DNA from: Octopus sinensis
Lineage: Eukaryota
Assembly: GCF_006345805.1 (NCBI RefSeq)
Contig: NC_042998.1
Coordinates: forward strand, 55,242,001 to 55,306,000
Length of the DNA: 64,000 nt
Direction: 5' to 3'
The position numbers and the translations under genes are program-made. Within the stretch, counting starts at the first letter, position 1. Every line of letters starts with the position of its first letter. Under the pieces are notes generated by a model. It saw only the letters and a program-made list of their open reading frames with translations, had not been told where the DNA came from and searched no databases. This document shows positions 12,857 through 25,943 of the stretch, in pieces.

Positions 12857-13067
12857 TAACGGGAAGCTTTATGAAAATAAACAAAAGACGAAGGCAGGTG
12901 GAAAACAAACGAACAATTGTATTAGTATGGCGCTCAGGAAATATAAATAAAACAAGTCTTTAACGTTTCGAGCCTACGCTCTTCAACAGAAAGATACACA
13001 GAGAGAGAAAAACACAGAAGAAGGAGAGAAAAAAAATGCGTGCAGTAGCTAACGAATCAACATGGCG
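12857..13067 (-). mobile_element. Penelope-like tail/pLTR fragment with a minimal hammerhead-like motif (copy 2)
   Basis: Near-identical to 12453-12664; motif at 12957-12994. Confidence 0.5.
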
Positions 13068-13115
<48 letters not shown>

Positions 13116-13174
13116 CATATATGCATATGCTTATGTGTAAATTTGTAAACACACATATATATATATGTGTGTGA

Positions 13175-13205
<31 letters not shown>

Positions 13206-13619
13206 AATAAGTAATATGCATATATATGTGCATGTATATATATATATGTGTGTATGTATGTATGTATATATATATATGCATGTGTGTGCCTGTTTGTGCT
13301 GTATCTACGGGCGTGTATGTACGTGCTTGTATGCATGTGTACATACGTGCGTATGTACGTGAGCACGTTGAAAAAGACATATGAATATGTTTTAATAAAT
13401 CGATTAACATGTCGTGTGATGGACATGTCTAATGGTTATCATACTGTCAAAGGTGTGGGTGTTTTGACCTCCTCCTTTCTGCAAATACTAATCTTAATAT
13501 GTTTTTTTTTCTTTTTTTGTTTCAATCAATGGGTTGCGACCATATCGAGGCACCATCTTGAAGTATTTTGTTGCACAAATTGACATTAGTATTTATTTAT
13601 TTATTTTATTTTGAAGTTT

Positions 13620-13876
13620 GGTGCTTATTCTATCAATGAATTTGCCCGACAGCTCCTGTCGTCAAGTGGTGGCCGTGGTGAAACACAAACATACATACAC
13701 ACGTACTCACACGCACACACACACACATACACACACAAACACGATGAGCTTTTATACAGTCTCCATCTACCAAATTCATTCACAAGGTATTGGTCGGGTA
13801 GAGGCTATAGCAGAACAAACACACCCATGTTGTTGCACGACGGGATTGAACCCGAAATAACGTGGTTTCCAAGCGA
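13620..13876 (-). mobile_element. SINE family A, degenerate
   Basis: Reverse complement of head and CORE (ccatctaccaaattcattcacaaggtattggtc...ggctatagc...gggattgaacccg). Confidence 0.7.
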
Positions 13877-14054
13877 AAATTCTTAACCACACAATCGCTT
13901 TTCTAAGATCCTTCGAATTTCAGAGGAAGGGTAGGTTGATTAAATTGATCCCAATCCTGTACTGCTGCTCATTTCATCGACTTCAAAGATGTACTGGTAC
14001 ACACGCACCACACACACACAAGTGCGCGCTCGGATACACATATATATATATGTA

Positions 14055-14106
<52 letters not shown>

Positions 14107-14539
14107 AATTGAACTGCAACTGCTAGCCGCCAATGACCATTCAAAATACGACAATCAAGGCACTCCCAAATTTTCCCACCCCTTCTCCTCATCATCCTTC
14201 TTCTTCTTCTTCTCTTCTTCTTCTTCTTCTTCTTCTTCTTCTTCTTCTTCTTCTTCTTCTTCTTCTTCTCCTTCTTCTTCTACCCTACCAAGAATTCACA
14301 ACGCCCTCGAACCCACAAGTGTAAACAAGAGAGACAGAGAAAGCAGAAACAAGGAAAATGCCACTTATATTTGAACACTATACAAATATTCCTTTAAAAA
14401 AACTTTTCTTTTAATTTTTCTAAATTTAATTATTTAATCGTTACAGTTGAAAAGGTCTCAAAATGACCGAAACCAGTACTGAAATGTTCTTTATAAAATT
14501 ATTTTAGCATTTTCTATCTTGACTCGTTTTTTCATATCT

Positions 14540-14756
14540 CTCTTGTACTCTTGTACTTGTTTCAGTCATTTGACTGTGGCCATGCTGGAGCACCGTCTTT
14601 AGTCGAGCAAATCGACCCCAGGACTTATTCTTTGTAAGCCCAGTACTTATTCTATCGGTCTCTTTTACCGAACCGCTAAGTGACGGGGACGTAAACACAC
14701 CAGCATCAGTTGTCAAGCAATGCTAGGGGGACAAATACAGACACACAAACACACAC

Positions 14757-14831
<75 letters not shown>

Positions 14832-14999
14832 TATATACATATATACGACAGGCTTCTTTCAGTTTCCGTCTACCAAATCCACTCACAAGGCATTGGTCGT
14901 CCCGGGGCTATAGCAGAAGACACTTGCCCAAGATGCCACGCAGTGGGACTGAACCCGGAACCATGTAGTTGGTTAACAAGCTACTTACCACACAGCCAC
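14540..14999 (-). mobile_element. SINE family A, full length
   Basis: All modules present, high similarity to 8219-8660. Confidence 0.93.
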
Positions 15000-15544
15000 A
15001 TATATGTAGCATTGCTGATATTTATGTTTTATATGATAAGGTACAAGTGTTTGAGAAAGCCAGCTACCTGAAATTCCGTGACTCTAAAGCCCTGTTACGC
15101 AACAAAATGTACCCGGCTCACTTCGTCAGCATTATTGGCAAAAATATAGATTTCATCGCTCTATTTCAGTAACGTACATATGTTTGTTAGTATATGTTTT
15201 CAGGCCTATACTCGTACAGTATTGTAACCTACTTAATACTACCCTTTACACTGCGTCAGAAAATGCGGCGAAGTCTATACTTTACTGATGAAACCTTATA
15301 AGCACAAAACTAATTCAGAGTTATTCAACATGCCACTGTAATGCAACTAAGAACTACATAGTCACAGCACTTAATTCTTTAGCACAAAGCCATATTTGCA
15401 ACAACGTATTTCACCTCTCTTTCTTCATGAATACGTTTGCGGAAGAAAATTATAAGATTAAGAAATATGTTATATGAGATGTAATGGGAAAATAAATAAC
15501 GTGTGTTCTGTTATAGCCCCGAGACAACCAATAAATAGGTGCAG

Positions 15545-15697
15545 CATGGCTCTGCGGTAAGAGGCTTGCTTCCCAGCCACATGGTTCCGGGTTCAGTCCC
15601 ACTGCGTGGCAATTTGGGCAAGTGTCTTCTACTATAGCCTCAGATCGACCAAAGCCTTGTGAGTGGATTTGGTAGACGGAAACTGAAAGAAGCCCGT

Positions 15698-15732
<35 letters not shown>

Positions 15733-16112
15733 TATAATTATAAGCATAATTATAATCAGGGATCGGCTTATTGCTTCGCCACACACCGAATTTAGAAATA
15801 GGAGTTAAATGCCTTTTCTACAACAATAAAGATCTCTCAGATAGTAACACACTTTTTACAACCGAATGTGAACACATATTTATCCTCAGTACCCACGTGT
15901 GTGTTACGAGGTGTCTGCGTATTGTCCCCCAATCATTGCTTGACGGCCGATGTTGGTATGTTTTCGTTCCCATAACTTAGCGGTTCGGCAAAAGACGATA
16001 GAATAAGTGCTGAGCTTACAAAGAATGTCTTGGGATTGATTTGTTCGACTAAAGGCGGTGCTCCAGCATGGCCGCATTCAAATGACTGAAACAAGTAGAA
16101 GAATAAAAGAAT
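15545..16112 (+). mobile_element. SINE family A with ~160 bp of foreign sequence in its central microsatellite
   Basis: Head/CORE at 15545-15700, unrelated block at ~15735-15895 (resembles 56640-56720), 3' domain at 15900-16112. Confidence 0.85.
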
Positions 16113-17184
16113 AAATGGTGAGTTATTTGTATGCTCACAACGTGTGTACAATGTATATTAATCGGTGATGTTTGTGAGTGATTAAGTGAGTGGCTGAGTT
16201 AGTGAAGGTGGGTACACTTGGATAAATGAGCGAGAGAGTATTTGTGTATGCGTGAGTTTTGTTCTTGTATGTGTGCGTGTGTGCGTACACGCATGCGTAT
16301 GGCTGTTTATATGCTTATATGCAAATATTTGTATGCGAATGAGTGGAGGAGTCTATAGTTAAGAAGGAGTTTGTGAGTGTTGTAGTGAGTGAGAGCGTGT
16401 GTATATGCGTGTACGCATGCGTGCATGCATAAATGATTGATAAAATTAGTGAGAATCTCTATATGCGTGTGTTGTTTATGTAAATATGTATATAAAAGTT
16501 GAGTGTATGCTTATGTATGTATGTATGTATACGTATGTGTGTATGCATGCATGTATGTATGTTTGTGTATGTATGAGTAGTTGATTGCATAAGAAAGAAA
16601 AGGCCTACCTATGACGGACTGAGAGAGTGCATGTCTATGCGAATGTATGTGTGCGTATGAGTGCATACGTGTATGTGTGTGTGTGTGTGTATGCATAGGG
16701 GTGCAATTGAAGGAATTGATGAGGGAATGAGATAGGAAAAAAAGGTGTGTGGACGTAGGATAAAGTAAAGTGATTGTAAATCATCACATTCTATTTCTAG
16801 TCTCTCCTTAGTGAGGGGAAGAAGAGATAGCTAAGACCTGACCACGTGATTAATAAAAGCAAAGCCAAAAGTAGCCATCTTTACTTGTCTTGTTTAACAA
16901 ACGAACGACTATATTATAGCAAATTTGAAAGGCAAACAACTATATTTGTTCGTTGCAAAAACACCAATTGAACGCCAAGGAAGATATTATTAATTAGACT
17001 TGTCCTAGCAGATGTCTCATTCAGACCACTTCAGACAGTTTCGTCTTAATACCGAAATAAACAAAATTTTTCATTTCTTTTATTCTGAAGCTTCTGGCTA
17101 CTTCTAACTTCTACTGTTACAAATTCACAAACAACACTTACACTTCTCTATCTCAAGCAGTCGATAACATTTTTTCGTTCGTTA

Positions 17185-17210
17185 TTGTTGTTGTTGTTCA
17201 TCTTCTTCTT

Positions 17211-17308
<98 letters not shown>

Positions 17309-17439
17309 CATTATTATTATTATTGTTATTAATATTCTTCTTCTTCTTCTTCTTCTTATTATATTATTATTATAATTATTATCATCATTATCATCATCAT
17401 CATCATTCATCATCATCATCATCATCATCATTATTATTA

Positions 17440-17473
<34 letters not shown>

Positions 17474-17491
17474 CATCATCATTATTTTCAT
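17185..17491. repeat. (ATT)n/(CTT)n/(ATC)n compound tract, i.e. (TAA)/(GAA)/(TGA) on the minus strand, abutting the LINE 3' end
   Basis: Direct reading. Confidence 0.95.
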
Positions 17492-18850
17492 GAAAACTCA
17501 TAACTTATTTTGCTGGATATGATGAAAAAGGTCAGCTGCTCACAGCCAGCAGACTAAGGTGACACTTGTTTACTGACCATGCTTCAAGAACCCTGCGGAG
17601 AACTCTTTCATTTCCAAGCAAAGAAGATTTTTGTAGGTGTTCTATTTTTACACTCGTACCAATCGTTTTGAGCCACGCTGGTAGTTGAGTGCTGATACTT
17701 CCAAGAGCGCCAATAATTTCTGGTATCACGTTCAACTGTCTTAATTGCCCACAACCAGTGTATTTCCCACTTCAATTCATCATAGTTGTTCACTTTTTAT
17801 TCTTCTTTCTCTTCTTTCTTGTCAGCAAGACATACTATGTCGATTATCAGGTATGCTATTTTTTTCTTTTCTGTACACCACAACAATACCAGGTTTCTGG
17901 TGTCTCCTGTGATGGTCACACTGAAACACTGCATCCCACAGGATTTTGCAATATTTATTCTCAGTAAACTCCCTTTGAGATTTGGGCATACCACGTCTTT
18001 GATCTTTCTAGGCTATAGTTTACACAGAGCTCCTAGTGGCTCATTCTTTCTGCATTATCATATCAGCTTTTGTATTCACGCTGAGCCAATTTCGGGCATT
18101 CACGAACAATGTGCCACACTGTTTCGCCCCTCTCATCACACATTCTGCATTTGCCGCTCTCAGTTATGTTATCAATCCTGTACATCACATTAGTTTGTCT
18201 CCAATGTTTGTTCTGGTGCCGCCCATACAAGTGCTTCTGTTTCTATCTTCAAGTCACTTTTCCGCATCCGTAACAACCAGCCTTCTGCATCTGTCTTTGC
18301 ACTCGCATTTCTTGCAAACTAACCATGCACTTTTTTCCTTTCCACACCATTTTTTTTTCTGAGGTCTTTTCCTCTTTAAATTTCTCTTTCTTAACACAAT
18401 TATCAGTTTTGATGGCGCCGAACTTCTCATTCATCAACAATGGTTCCATTGCATTTTTTACATACCACCCTAAACTGTTTTCCTTTGACTCACTACAATC
18501 CTGGAAACTGATCAAACGTCTCCCACCGTCCCTTCTGGACAACTACAACTTATCTCCGTCACTCTTGGGTTGGAATGCTCCATGCACAGTCAATAGTTTC
18601 CGTGTCTTCGTATCTACACTCGTCAGTTCTTTCTTTTGCTAGTTTATGATTCCAGTTCCATACCAAAGTGATACCATATAGTTATTGCTTGGATTTTATT
18701 CCATCCAGTCAACTTTGAGCGCAACACCAATCTAAGTCTTCGGAAATATTTTTTTCTTAGCTATTCTTTCATTTTTTTCTCCATGATTTCAGTGAACTCT
18801 AGTATGCCAAGGTATTCATAACACTCAAAACTCTCTCGATGTTTTGTTGT
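17492..18850 (-). mobile_element. 5'-truncated R4-clade (Dong/Rex6-like) non-LTR retrotransposon, pseudogenised: RT C-terminus/thumb, CCHC knuckle, restriction-like endonuclease
   Basis: Manual minus-strand translation across stops and frameshifts gives, in order: YEYLGILE...YFRRLRLVLRSKL; VDTKTRKLLTVHGAFQPKSDGDKL*LSRRDGGRRL; LKIETEALVWAAPEQ; CRMCDERGETVWHIVREC (CX2CX8HX4C, 18096-18149); ENKYCKILWD; NYDELKWEIHWLW; IIGALGSI...LQKSSLLGNERVLRRVL. Confidence 0.9.
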
Positions 18851-19867
18851 TCGTAGTAACGATAGTATTTGCGTTTGGTTTATGGAAAGAATAAAAATTT
18901 AGTTTATTAAAATTCCAAATAAATTTCCGTCGAAATATTATATATATATATATATATAGATAGATCAATAAATGGTGGGGTTGTATTGACCGCACGTGGA
19001 GAAATGATAAGCAAGGAAAAATTGTAAAAAGGCAGAATGCTAAATTGAAAGAAAATTTTAATGAAAATGGGTGTATGGAAAAGTTTTTGAAAAATTGGTA
19101 AAATATATATATATTAATTCAAACCGGTTTTCGTCATAATGTGACTTTTCAAGAACTGTAAAGAAAAGAAATTTTTTTAAATGTGAAGATTGGGAAAAAA
19201 GAAAATTACATTGTTTTTTGCAAAAAAATAAAAATAAATATATACAAAAATTTTAAAATAGGTACTCCGATACATTGTAAAGTCTTTGTGTATCTTGAGT
19301 TTAATGATTGTTCACGAAAAAATTACCTTGAAGTATTGAGATTCAATGGGATTAAATCCATGTGTTGTTTAATTTAATTAAGGGTGTCTCTTAAGTGCAT
19401 GGCAAAACAGGAAGTAGTAGTAGTCCAGTTCCTGTGTTGTGAATAAGGGGAGACAACTCTATGGGTTTTAAGCTCTTCAATTTGTGTTTATCAATTTTTT
19501 GTAATAAAGGGTGTTAATAAACCTTAAATTATAAAATTATCATTTTAGCTTCATTTGCATTATATATATATATATATATGTATATCGTATTCCATCAGTA
19601 ATGTGTATTATATATCTATTGTAACCACGATGTACAATTTAGATATTGATATGAAGCCAGTCATTGGTTTCCATCGTATAGATTCAGCATTGACATATAT
19701 ATATATATCATTCAAATACCTCCCAAGCATATAAGATGCAGCAAGTTTTAAAATGCAGTAAAACACATTAAATTATAAGTAATAATCGAAAATATTATGA
19801 CAAAAGTATGCTGAATATATGAAAATAAGTTTAAGTGGTTGAAATCCCACTTTAAACTATCATAGAT

Positions 19868-20020
19868 GCCAGCGCACTGGCAGAACCGTTAGTTCAAATT
19901 CCGTCGAGGTCGACTTTGCCTTTCATTCTTTCAGGGTCGATGAAATAAGTACCAGTTGAGTACTGGGGTCGATATAACCGACTAACCCCTACCCCCAAAT
20001 TGCAGGCATTTTGCCTACAG
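19868..20020 (+). mobile_element. SINE family B with internal deletion
   Basis: gcactggcagaaccgtt joined to agttcaaattccgtcgaggtcgactttgcc...ggggtcgat. Confidence 0.8.
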
Positions 20021-20494
20021 CTATAAAAGAGATGATCAAAAGTTGAGTACCATCAACTGTAGGGATACCATGAGGAAAATAAGGATTATCATTTCATGTG
20101 GAGATCTTCGCAGGAGACACAATTTCCTTTACTGGAAAGTTTACCCCGTTGAAAAGTTTAATTTTCCATTCCTCGCGATACACTAACAAATTTCCTCTTT
20201 TTGCTATTTTCTGTATTGAATCTTGCTGACACGGACAACAATTAATTTCCTTGAATTTTATTGATTATATTTAATCATACTGTTGGCTATAATTGAGGAT
20301 GGTATTTTTTGTTTGCTTGTTTGTTTTGCATGTTTTTTTTTCTATAAGTGAAAGTATCAACGCAGAAAAAAAGAAAAAAAAACAAACATCTATATCCTTC
20401 CACCATTCATTGACATTTGCAAATAACTCAGGAAAGTTAAGGGACTGAATAATACATGAATTTGCAGCCGATTATATGTGGGAGCATGTGAATA

Positions 20495-21762
20495 TAGAAG
20501 GGAGTACCGAAATTAATGCAAAACAGGGCATAACGTTTTTTATTAACTGACACAGGTCGTTCAAATTGCACATGTTGGTAGAGTAACTCGTCCAGTTTAG
20601 GTATTCTTTGTTCTTCTTCAGTGCAGGCAAATAATGGCCTCCAAATGTAAGCAACGTGCCGATAGTGTCTCAATAAAGAAAGAATGCAAGCTGTCCAACA
20701 TTTACAGAAGTCTACAGTTTGTTTACAGAGAGGACGCCAGTGACAAGAGCACTGTGCAAAGACTAATAAAGAAGTTTAAAGAAGGTGAAACCAGCATTGA
20801 AGAGAAGCCACGGCATGGGATAACATCAACTACGACCACTGACACGAACTGCCGCGAGTGGAAGAAACTATTCACTTGAACAGACGAATAACAATCCGTG
20901 AACTTCCTGCACAAATGCTCTGTGGTCACATTGTATTAAAGATGATGAAAGGCTTTGAGTTTAGGAAAGTGTGTGCAAAATGGGTACCTCGGTAGTTGAC
21001 ATTCAGTTTGAGGGAGCGAAACTTGAAAGTTTGCTGTGATCTGCTGGAAGCATTCGAAGCCAGTTCAAATAAGTATTTTTTCCGGTCTGGTGACAAGAAA
21101 TCAAAAGTGGACGTATCTTTATGAATCGGAAACAGAGATTCAGCCTATGGATTGTTTTCACACCTCTTCTACGAGGCCTAAGACCCTCAAAATTCAGCGA
21201 TCGGTACAGAAAGCCAAAGTGACTTTATGTTTAAAGCGTCATTCTCTTTGATTTTGTGGATGTGCCGTGAGCACCGATCGGTACATTGAAATAATCAAGA
21301 AACTGAGAGAAGCCTCTGGGAGGGAGAACAACAATCTGAAGACGATCAACATTCATTATGACAATGCGCGACCACACACATTTTTGGCAACAAATCAGGC
21401 AATGGAGAAATAGGAGGCAATAGTTCCCCACCCGTGATAAAGCCTGGATCTGATACCTTTCCAATTTCCACCTTTTCGATCCAATGGAGGACAGTCTTCG
21501 CAGAGAACGATTTGATGACACAGATGGGGTAAAAGTGCTTGGGAAAAAGTAAATGCAACTGTGGTCATCTGAGTTTTGGGGGAGAAGATTCGACAGTTAG
21601 GTCAAACGACGGCACAAATACACTGCCTATGATGGAGACTATATTGTATAGTTTTGTTTTTTTATATAGAGGAGGATTTATTCTATGTCCAGTTCAAACT
21701 ACCTATCTTAGTTAATACAAAAGTTATGCACACCTTTTACATTATTTTCTATATAAACATCG
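20495..21762 (+). mobile_element. Full-length decayed mariner element; transposase pseudogene at ~20634-21651
   Basis: HTH region (VYREDASDKSTVQRLIKKFKEGETSIEEKPRHG), KVCAKWVPR*LT, HYDNARPH, and PHP**SLDLIPSNFHLF (YSPDLAPSD remnant). Degenerate TIRs gaaa(t/a)taatg(c/t)aaaa...gcataac. Total length ~1.27 kb. Confidence 0.9.
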
Positions 21763-22393
21763 TATATGCGCAGTACTTCTCTTGAATGCCAAGATTGAAT
21801 ATTGAAAGATTGAGATAATCGGTCGTTAGAATCTGGAGATTTAAGATAGGATACCTACTATAATATCGGTTACTTATATCGGTGCAGTTTTTTGTTGGGG
21901 AGCAACCGCTTATATTAATCCTACAACTCTACTGGAACTTTATTTATCGAATGCGTAAAGAGAAAAGTAAACGCCTTTCTCAGGGGTATTTGGATTAAGA
22001 ATGAATATGAAACATACTTTTTCCGACTCCGTACCGATTCTTTTGCTACACAGCCTTGTTTTACCAAAATAATAATACTAAAAGTGAATATTCTTCGTAA
22101 GGGCGTTTTCTTTCTTTTTTTGCTTTTTGCTTAGTACTGAGATGAGTTTCGTGAATAGAATTAAAACTATTACAAAAAACATTGCCGATGAAATTTACTG
22201 TCAACAACTGTATCAACTTCTCCGTGTACTAAATAGCTTTTCTTATTTTAACTAGAAAAGAAATGCGATCCATTGTACTAACAAATATCTTCATACCTCA
22301 ACGATAATTTCTATCAGCGTTAAGAAATATTTTCCTAAAAAATGAAATCAACAGTTCCTTATTCTTGTTTTTATTTTTTTATATTGATCTTAT

Positions 22394-22474
<81 letters not shown>

Positions 22475-22819
22475 ATTACATTTTTTTCGGTTAAACATCT
22501 GTTAAGGCACCTGCAAAATTAATTTAATGAAAAAAATACACACTTTTTAAGTTACTATAACATTCGGCCTTTGTTATTTTTATTTGTCAATTATTTTTTT
22601 CCCCCCACTTCAAAATCACGTGTATTTAATAAACGTTATATTGAAATATTTTCGACTGATTGGCAATTTAAGGGAGATATAGCTGAAAATTCTTATAATT
22701 TCTTCGCCAAATAGATGCGATTCAATATAAAGATCTCTGGTATTTGAAAAATTTCGAACTTTGTATTTAGTACAGAAGCTGAGAGCTATTTATAAATCTG
22801 TATAAATTATTTTGTTTTA

Positions 22820-22880
<61 letters not shown>

Positions 22881-22888
22881 TGTGTGTG

Positions 22889-22948
<60 letters not shown>

Positions 22949-23450
22949 ATGTATGTATGTTTGTATGTATATATATCTATAAATCTATACATAGTGAGAT
23001 ATTCTCTCTATGAACTCCCATGTTTCTTCAGTCCCGAAATCGTCTTATAAGACCTTCCACATACTACATAAATCGAATCTAGGAAGGAGAACGCTGCATA
23101 CAGTTGTTCTATTGTGGGATTTCAGATATTGGTTGACATACCAAAGATTTTCATTGAGTTATAGATAGTTTTTTTCATTGGCTTGAAGAGTTGGCGCATA
23201 AATTAACAAGATTGTTGCGTAACGTTTACATGAAAGAGGGAAGCGAAGCTTCATTATACGATCTTGATACTAAAAGACACTCCAAAGATTCCACCAAAGT
23301 TGTTCTGAACGCAAAACCGACACCACCTTTTTGTCGTTCACCTTTTTGGTTTGTCAACCCAGAAATGTGTGTAACCCGAAGATACTTCAGTAACCTGATC
23401 TTCCCCGGAGAGACGTGTTTCAGATAAAGTTGCAATATTTATGAGCATTA

Positions 23451-23670
23451 AGGCAGCGAGTTGGCGGAATCGTTACCGCACCAGGCAAAATGCGTTGTAG
23501 CATTTCGTCCGTATTTACCTTCTGAGTTCAAATTCCATCGAGGTCGACTTTACCTCTCATCCTTTCGGGATCGATAAAATAAGAACCAGTTGAATACTGG
23601 AGCCTATGCAATCGACTTACCCCATCCCCCGATATTGCAGGCCTTGTGCCAAAGTTTAAAACCAATATTC
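23451..23670 (+). mobile_element. SINE family B
   Basis: aggcagcgagttggcggaatcgtt...gagttcaaattcc...ggccttgtgccaaagttt. Confidence 0.88.
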
Positions 23671-24408
23671 ATGAGCAGTCTTTGAAGTTCTTTAGCCACA
23701 AGTGCTGTTCTTCGTTCAGAACGATTAGATGAAGTTTGGTCCGGTAGAGCTCTAATGTTCTAGCAGCATATAATGAGCTTATCGCGATCTTTTGCAAATA
23801 TTTTGTTACGACTTTCATCTTTCCTGTTCTTGCTTGAATGAAGTACCATTAGCAGCGGGGAGTTAACTAGTGTCCACGCGACAGGCAATGCTCAATGCAC
23901 CTTTTCTAGCATCTTCTCAGGAATTTGGACGAGCAGTACTCAACCTAAAAGGAAGCTGCTCAGTCACGAGAATTTCCCCTGGAGTTGATCTCTGTCACGG
24001 GGAAAAAAAACCAACATCGATGTTGGGATAAGTCTTCTGAGCCTGTGTACAGATTTGGAACTATGCACTTCCAACTGGCTAGGACTGCACAGGCCGCTGC
24101 TCATCCACTTCCATAGAAGTTACGGGAGATGGAAAGACAAATGACAGATAATGTCATTTGACAGAGACACTTCGCAGTAAAATTACGCCGGTGGTTTTCC
24201 TGCGCAACCCTGACACCGACCAAGCGTATTTCTGCGTCTCCATATTCAGATGGATTGGCATGCACATACATACATACATACATACATACATACATACATA
24301 CATACATACATACGTATGTAAGGAAAGCTGCATTTACATATTGTGCTTGTATATGTGTACGCATATAAGTCTGTGTGAACGGGAGTACACACATGCTCGC
24401 ATTAACGA

Positions 24409-24531
<123 letters not shown>

Positions 24532-24550
24532 TACATATATATTTATATAC

Positions 24551-24594
<44 letters not shown>

Positions 24595-25265
24595 TGGCAC
24601 ATTCGTATATTGCACTATATATGCGTGTACATACACACGCATACACACGCATGCATGCACACACACACACACACATGCGTGTGCGTGCATGCGCGTATGT
24701 ATATGTATGTGTGCATAGACTCGCCAACCCCCCTCAATCTACACATAAATCTACCACACAAACGCATTAACTCACACACCATAGACTGCTCACACTTTGC
24801 CCTGACCCTTAAAGTTCAATTCAATAATTAACGGTGACTCACTTATTAATAATTGACACAAAACCCGTGACCCAAGGGTTAATATATTTCTTCCTTCAGG
24901 GTCTGAAATTTGCTAAAACCCCTAGGCTATATGCATAGTTTGAAGTGGTGCAATATTTGTGTGTTAATGTATTGTAATGGATAAAGCTTTTCCTACTGAG
25001 ATTCTTTCACTAGTTTTTCGATTTCGCTTTATCCCTCTCGTACCACATTTTCTCTCTCTCTCTCTCAACCCTCCCCCCATTCGTTTTAATTTCTAATATT
25101 CTTCTCTTCTTGTTTAGTTGAGTTTTTATTTCATTTTCTTTATTACACTCCTACCCCTTCTTATTTCTATTCCCCTAATCATCCCCTAAATTTCTCATTT
25201 TTCCCCTTTTCCATTTATTTTATAGTCTTTCTTTTCTCTATTTTCCTCTTCTCTGTTTGTTTGGC

Positions 25266-25296
<31 letters not shown>

Positions 25297-25564
25297 CTCT
25301 CTCTCTCCCTCCTCTCTCTCTCTCCATGTATACACACACATATGTATATATATATATATATATCTGTCTATCTCTGTATGTGTACACACACGCACACGCA
25401 ACACATATATACGTATGTATGTATATACACACATACATACATGGATACATACATACATACATACATACATACATACACATTTAATCATTCATTCATTTAC
25501 ACATTCTTTCATCCTATTATTCAGTCTTTCTCTCTGAAAAAGAGAACCCTTAAAAGAGATAACG

Positions 25565-25617
<53 letters not shown>

Positions 25618-25943
25618 TGTAAGTGCGTGTGCGTGTGTATATATGTATGTATGTGTGTGTGTGTGTGTGTGTGTGTATACATACGTATGTATATCTGTAT
25701 GATTACTTCATCAGATGATAGACGTCTTATCAAGGTGACATCTAAACGTCATTGGATCATTAGTGATATACATTTCTCCGTCACTTTCTAACATCCATAG
25801 TCAAATATCCAGTTTCGAGCAAAAGCAACATAAGCACAGACTATTTCTACCGCAGTTTTCTAATGCTTATAATTTACTTGAATAGATACGAACCCAAGTA
25901 TTTCTACAACCTCGAACAAAATATGTATGCATGTAGGAAGGTC

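Larger units (their letters stand above)
12300..13250. repeat. Tandem duplication, period 404 bp, about 2.3 copies
   Basis: Unique block taacgggaagcttt...aacatggcg at 12453-12664 and 12857-13067. The microsatellite-rich block recurs a third time to ~13250. Confidence 0.93.

Noticed and set aside
15278-15325. CTGATGA...AAAACTAATTCAGAG
   Set aside because: G12, helix II and helix III are all mutated; cannot be supported as a ribozyme, though it may be an old PLE tail.
18600-18635. Minus-strand CTGACGA-G...C-GAAG
   Set aside because: Lies within the LINE coding sequence and has GAAG rather than GAAA; coincidental.
23780-24250. Unique, moderately GC-rich segment that looked coding (likewise 32660-32990 and 39900-40200)
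   Set aside because: No recognisable motif in any frame by eye; a homology search is needed.
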